A DNA stretch of 64,000 bases from contig CALXTW010000001.1 of assembly GCA_944391515.1 (NCBI GenBank), forward strand, positions 1,378-65,377, in the 5' to 3' direction. The position numbers and the translations under genes are program-made. This document shows positions 59,835 through 64,000 of this stretch, piece by piece; position 1 is the stretch's first letter; each line of letters starts with the position of its first letter. The notes under the pieces were generated by a model that saw nothing but the letters and a program-made list of their open reading frames with translations, was not told the origin of the DNA and made no database searches. The stretch comes from an uncultured Alphaproteobacteria bacterium (GTDB lineage Bacteria > Pseudomonadota > Alphaproteobacteria > RF32 > CAG-239).

Positions 59835-60683
59835 CTATTTGATGTTTGCCAGAGCTAAAAATTGTTCCGGTGTTAGCTCTTCAGCACGTGCAGTGAGCGG
59901 AATATTTAGTTGTTGGCATTTATCTTCAAGATTAGAAATGCTTTTTAGGCTTTGACGAATCATCTTGCGGCGTTGTCCGAATGCCAGAGTTGTCAGGTTT
60001 TCGATTTTGGTTATTTGTTCTGAGGTTAATGTATTTTCTTTGGGGCGGAAAAGTAAAACCGATGACCAAATTTTGGGAGCCGGTGTAAAGCAATTCGGGC
60101 TTAAATCCATTAAATGTTCAATATGACATTGAAGCTGACTTAATACCGAAATGCGCCCATAGTCTTTGCTTTTTATCGGCGCCATAATACGTTCGGCGAC
60201 TTCCTTTTGAAACATTAAGGTCAGAGAACTGTAATTATTAATCTCTTTGAGCCATTTGATGAGCAAAGGAACAGAAATGTTGTAGGGAAGATTACTGATA
60301 ATATGGCGTGGGGCGGGCGATAATTCTTTTATGTCTGTTTTAAGTGCGTCACCGTTGATGATTTTTAAGGTGTTACCTGTTTTTTCTTGGATTTCTTCCA
60401 TGATGGAAATGCAGCGCTCGTCCATCTCAATTACAGTTAATTCTTGAGGATTGGCTGAGAGAATCGCACGGGTTAATCCTCCTGGGCCTGGGCCGATTTC
60501 AAAAGTAAAACTTTGAGAAAAATCTTTGAGATTTTGATGTTGTAAACTTAGGCGGATAATTTTATCGGTAATGTTTTGGTCAAGCAGAAAGTTTTGGCCT
60601 AAGGTTTTTTTTGCCATTAAGCCGTGGGCATCAACAGTGGTTCTGAGTGAGGGGAGAGATGCTATTTTTTCTGCCAGATTCAT
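59835..60683 (-). CDS. rsmA: 16S rRNA (adenine1518/1519-N6)-dimethyltransferase
   Basis: LGQNFLLD N-terminus. SAM motif EIGPGPGGLT. NLPYNIS motif. 282 aa. Confidence 0.9.
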   Translation of the reverse strand: MNLAEKIASLPSLRTTVDAHGLMAKKTLGQNFLLDQNITDKIIRLSLQHQNLKDFSQSFTFEIGPGPGGLTRAILSANPQELTVIEMDERCISIMEEIQEKTGNTLKIINGDALKTDIKELSPAPRHIISNLPYNISVPLLIKWLKEINNYSSLTLMFQKEVAERIMAPIKSKDYGRISVLSQLQCHIEHLMDLSPNCFTPAPKIWSSVLLFRPKENTLTSEQITKIENLTTLAFGQRRKMIRQSLKSISNLEDKCQQLNIPLTARAEELTPEQFLALANIK

Positions 60684-60687
60684 TATG

Positions 60688-61740
60688 TTAATTCCTTAGT
60701 TCGATAACCGCTTTTTGTCTGATATTGTGCAATAACTTTGCAGAAACTTCTTCTAAACGTTTGTTTTCCATAAAACGACGCATTTCTTCTTTTGTCGGTA
60801 GGTTGGGCTTGTCTATCTCTGGATGATAGGTTTGAACTAATTTTAAGATATAAAAATCATTGCCAATTTGGATAGGATCAGAGACTTCTCCATCTTTCAT
60901 GGCTAAAACCTTGCTGTTAAGCGGTTCGATGAGTTGACCGGCGTTTAACCAACCTAAATTTCCTCCATTGGAGGCACTTGGGCTTTCTGAAAATTGGGCG
61001 GCATAGAGCTCAAATCTGGGATCGCGACGCAGATTGGCAACTAAGTCCTCTAAGTTTTTGGCATTGGGTTTTTTGATGACAATTTCTGAGACCATATATT
61101 TTGGGGTGGACATATCTCTGGCGGATTCATTTATGCCTTCTTCTATCTCTTTGTCGGTTAATTCTCCGTCTATGGCCATTTGTCTTCTGACAACGCGAAT
61201 CCAAGCTAAGTCAGATTTTATTTGTTCTCTGAAAACTTTCATGCTAACCCCATTTTGTGCGAGCAATTCTTTTAACTTTCCTTCGGGAATTTTGTTGCTG
61301 GCTTCAAAACTTTTTACTGATAGGTCGATGTCTTTTTCGGTGATATCTATTCCTTGTTTGAGGGCTTCTTGGACTTTGAGTTTTTCATCTATGGCTGATT
61401 GTATAACCTTGGCTATTATCATCCTTTTAGTCTCAACATTAAAAGGAATTTTGGTGTTCATCACAAAGGCTTTGGCCCTTTGCTCAATATCTGTTGAAGA
61501 TATCATTTCGCCATTAACGATGGCTATAATTCTCATATCTCCGGTTTCATAAAGTTGAATAGGGATTTCTTCTAGTTTTTGAGGCTCTTTTTTGGGGGTT
61601 GGTGCGACGGCTTGAGGAGAATTTTGCTTAAATACAACCGAACTCTTTTCTTCTGTCTGTGGTGCTTGATTGATAAATTGCGCCTTTGCTTCTTGTATGA
61701 TTAATGTAAAACTTATTGCTAAAATCAGTCTCGTAATCAT
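60688..61740 (-). CDS. surA: Periplasmic chaperone/peptidyl-prolyl isomerase SurA-like (single parvulin domain)
   Basis: Signal peptide. SurA N-terminal region. Parvulin domain (GGNLGWLNAGQL...IQIGNDFYILKL). lptD-surA-ksgA synteny. Confidence 0.8.
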   Translation of the reverse strand: MITRLILAISFTLIIQEAKAQFINQAPQTEEKSSVVFKQNSPQAVAPTPKKEPQKLEEIPIQLYETGDMRIIAIVNGEMISSTDIEQRAKAFVMNTKIPFNVETKRMIIAKVIQSAIDEKLKVQEALKQGIDITEKDIDLSVKSFEASNKIPEGKLKELLAQNGVSMKVFREQIKSDLAWIRVVRRQMAIDGELTDKEIEEGINESARDMSTPKYMVSEIVIKKPNAKNLEDLVANLRRDPRFELYAAQFSESPSASNGGNLGWLNAGQLIEPLNSKVLAMKDGEVSDPIQIGNDFYILKLVQTYHPEIDKPNLPTKEEMRRFMENKRLEEVSAKLLHNIRQKAVIELRN

Positions 61741-61758
61741 AAAGTTTCTCCATAATTG

Positions 61759-63960
61759 TTATTTTGAGCCAACGCCGCCTAAGGTCTTGAGGTATAATGA
61801 TACAGTAAATTCAAAGTCGTTTTCATCTTCTGGATCATAAGAATCGTAACGGTGTAAATCGCCAATGATTTTGATACATTCGTCTTCATAGGTCAATGTT
61901 CCACCATGTTCTAGTGAATTTCCCCCATTGGTTAAGTCTTGGCGGTTATAAATACTTATTGACCAATCTCTGGTTAATTTGGCGCCGATGGCTGTATAGA
62001 GCTCTTTTCTTTCTCCGATGTTTTCGGCTATTGTCGCTTCACTTTCTTGTAAGTAAATATATGAGAAATATGCATGAAGAATATCTGGTCCAACGCGTGC
62101 GGCTAATTCACTATACTTCATTTCTAAGTCGTCTTTATCAAAACGGAAACGATAGTTCATGTCTAAGTATTTATTGGGGTTGGCGTAAATTCTTCCTACG
62201 TAATCACTAAAATGTGAATCTTCGTCGTCATTTGCTCCAAATTCATCATGGTCATTGCTGAAATTATAACTTTGCGCAATAAAAGCTTGTGTGCGTCCCA
62301 TAATGGTACCATATGAACTCCAGTTTAATCCGTAGCTAATTCTGCTTCCTGTATCATTTCGGTCATAGCCGGCATAACGATCTATATCTAATACGTTGGT
62401 ATCATCAAGGTCTGAATTTTGGCTATCTTCATTGGGGATCTTATCTGTTTTATTTCCGCCATTGGGCGCTGCAACAGCAACAACAACCGGTTCGATAATA
62501 TGACGAGAAGTGTCGGTTGCTTTAACAAACGGCATTTTCCATTCTAAACCTAATTGTGGAAAAATGCGACCTGTTTCACCGGTGAATTTTTCATTATCGG
62601 GGTTGGTGTAATTATCTATATAGTAGGCGTCGGATTTTACTGATGCTACCAAACGATATTTTTCACCATATGGACTGGTATAAGGTAAATTCCATGAATT
62701 TATCATGGTCATTCTTTGCGAACTGACATCTTCTTCTCTCATAACTGAGGCAAAGTCAAATGTGTTTTTGAAATAAGCTCCATATTGTCCTGGTTCACTA
62801 ACGTTTTCGTAAGTAATGAGCGGAAGAGCGTAAGGTTTATCATATTTACGACGTCTAAATTCTTGAGCATTCAGTACTTGTAAGTCGTAGCTAATTAACT
62901 TGTAATAATATGCTTCTATGGAAGCATAGTTACGATTGTCAAATCCTTGTAATTTGGCACTGGAGGTTAACCAGGCGTCTTCTTTTTTAGGTAATGACAA
63001 GTCTTTTAAATAAAGGGAATCGGAGACGTAATTTAAATCAATGTCTGATACCCAATAATCATTTAGTTCATATCGTGCTTGTAATGATAAGTTGCCTCTG
63101 GTTTCATCATCATCGTCATCTTTCATGACGGAACCTTGCGTTGTTAAATAACCTTTTTCAAAATATCCGCTATATTCGGCATCTAAAATCAATCCGTGAT
63201 TGGTGCTCAAAATCGGTGAAAATGTTAAATTGTCATGCGGAGACAAGTCCCAGAAATAGCGAGGTTGTAAAAAGCCATCAAGATAACTGCTTGAACCAAA
63301 ACTAGGAATTAAAAAGCCTGAACGGCGTTTTACAGTTGGATCTGGATGTGATAAAAAGGGTGTGTAAAATACCGGAACACCTTTTATTTCAAGTATGGCG
63401 TCTTTGTAGTAAACATTTTGACTTTCGGCGTCTTGTTTGATTTTTCTGGCTTTTAGTTGCCATAAAGGATTTGGATTTAGAGTGCAAACATCGCAAGGAG
63501 AATAAACTGCGTTGTGCATTATTTTATTGTTATTAGGATAGGTTCTGACACGACGGGCTGCTATGCGGCTTTCATCTTTCATGATGATTTTGATGTTTTC
63601 CATCTCGCCTTGTGACATTTGATTGGTTAATATGACATAGTCCGAAAAAACAACATTGTTGTCGGCATCAATCATACGAACATTACCAACCGCTGTTACA
63701 ACGTCATCTCTTTGATTATAAATAACTTTATCTGCATTTAAGGTTAGTCCGTTGCGGATAATGTTAACATCACCTATGGCCGTAATTGTTTCTAAATTTT
63801 GGTTGTTTTCTATTTCATTGGCACTGAAATAAACTTCTTTAGTTTGTCTTTCTATAGGAACAGGGGTCATAAAGTTGGTTATATTGCTGTTTTGTTCCAA
63901 ACTGCCAAATGGTTTGGGGCTGACCTTGCTCATTTTGGTTCCGGGAACAGGTTCTTTCAT
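61759..63960 (-). CDS. lptD: LPS-assembly outer-membrane protein LptD
   Basis: N-terminal OstA-like domain (ANEIE...ITAIGDVNI...). Large C-terminal beta-barrel. 733 aa. Upstream of surA. Confidence 0.9.
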   Translation of the reverse strand: MKEPVPGTKMSKVSPKPFGSLEQNSNITNFMTPVPIERQTKEVYFSANEIENNQNLETITAIGDVNIIRNGLTLNADKVIYNQRDDVVTAVGNVRMIDADNNVVFSDYVILTNQMSQGEMENIKIIMKDESRIAARRVRTYPNNNKIMHNAVYSPCDVCTLNPNPLWQLKARKIKQDAESQNVYYKDAILEIKGVPVFYTPFLSHPDPTVKRRSGFLIPSFGSSSYLDGFLQPRYFWDLSPHDNLTFSPILSTNHGLILDAEYSGYFEKGYLTTQGSVMKDDDDDETRGNLSLQARYELNDYWVSDIDLNYVSDSLYLKDLSLPKKEDAWLTSSAKLQGFDNRNYASIEAYYYKLISYDLQVLNAQEFRRRKYDKPYALPLITYENVSEPGQYGAYFKNTFDFASVMREEDVSSQRMTMINSWNLPYTSPYGEKYRLVASVKSDAYYIDNYTNPDNEKFTGETGRIFPQLGLEWKMPFVKATDTSRHIIEPVVVAVAAPNGGNKTDKIPNEDSQNSDLDDTNVLDIDRYAGYDRNDTGSRISYGLNWSSYGTIMGRTQAFIAQSYNFSNDHDEFGANDDEDSHFSDYVGRIYANPNKYLDMNYRFRFDKDDLEMKYSELAARVGPDILHAYFSYIYLQESEATIAENIGERKELYTAIGAKLTRDWSISIYNRQDLTNGGNSLEHGGTLTYEDECIKIIGDLHRYDSYDPEDENDFEFTVSLYLKTLGGVGSK

Positions 63961-63961
63961 T

Positions 63962-64000
63962 TCAACAGCTAAGGCCGTTCCTAAATGGAGCGCTAAAATG
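63962..64000 (-). CDS. 3' end of an upstream minus-strand gene (possibly lptG-like), truncated by the window edge
   Basis: The frame is open to the window edge and stops at 63962-63964, just upstream of the lptD start. Too short to identify. Confidence 0.2.
   Translation of the reverse strand, partial: HFSAPFRNGLSC

Overview
This window is a chromosomal segment of a low-GC (about 38-40 %) proteobacterium whose gene order looks alphaproteobacterial. The evidence for that: rho-mnmE-mnmG-rsmG-parA-parB, lptD-surA-ksgA, a truncated HprK, EIIA-Man/HPr, two XRE regulators of the GLTFQQVQKYE(K/Q)GANRV type, and gpmI-envC-ctpA-yibQ-rppH.

The window starts in the 3' end of dnaA and runs through dnaN and recF. 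About 9 kb of accessory genes sit between recF and gyrB. It then continues through gyrB, polA, a class A PBP, gpmI, M23 peptidase, ctpA, rppH, recR-ybaB-dnaX (with the SRP RNA gene upstream of dnaX), lpoA/rsmI/yraN, cvpA, radA, mlaFE, hprK-tsaE, parBA-rsmG, mnmG, mnmE, rho, coaE-dnaQ, nth-tsaD, aroK, xerD, ksgA-surA-lptD. Coding density is high. No tRNA, rRNA, CRISPR, transposase or phage integrase is visible.

Observations that the core annotation does not explain:
- A two-gene operon encoding a 634-aa orphan protein and an archaemetzincin-like HExxH/Cys4 metalloprotease with an RG-rich disordered tail.
- A 14-bp motif TTTAAATAC(A/G)GTGT present 9 times. All copies lie in one orientation inside minus-strand genes, in different reading frames. 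One is a 21-bp in-frame tandem duplication inside mnmE.
- A translationally coupled cassette of three tandem HD-domain paralogs plus a PHP phosphoesterase inserted between mnmG and rsmG.
- An orphan CcrM/HinfI-class N6-adenine DNA methyltransferase next to PTS genes.
- A 41-codon Ser/Asn-rich, Cys-flanked micro-ORF with a strong SD and a terminator.
- An ADP-dependent sugar kinase-family protein, which is rare in bacteria.
- A roughly 195-nt promoter-to-terminator structured RNA with mutually exclusive pairings upstream of an XRE regulator.

Missing pdxA, aroB and mlaD at their usual positions suggests a reduced, host-associated genome.
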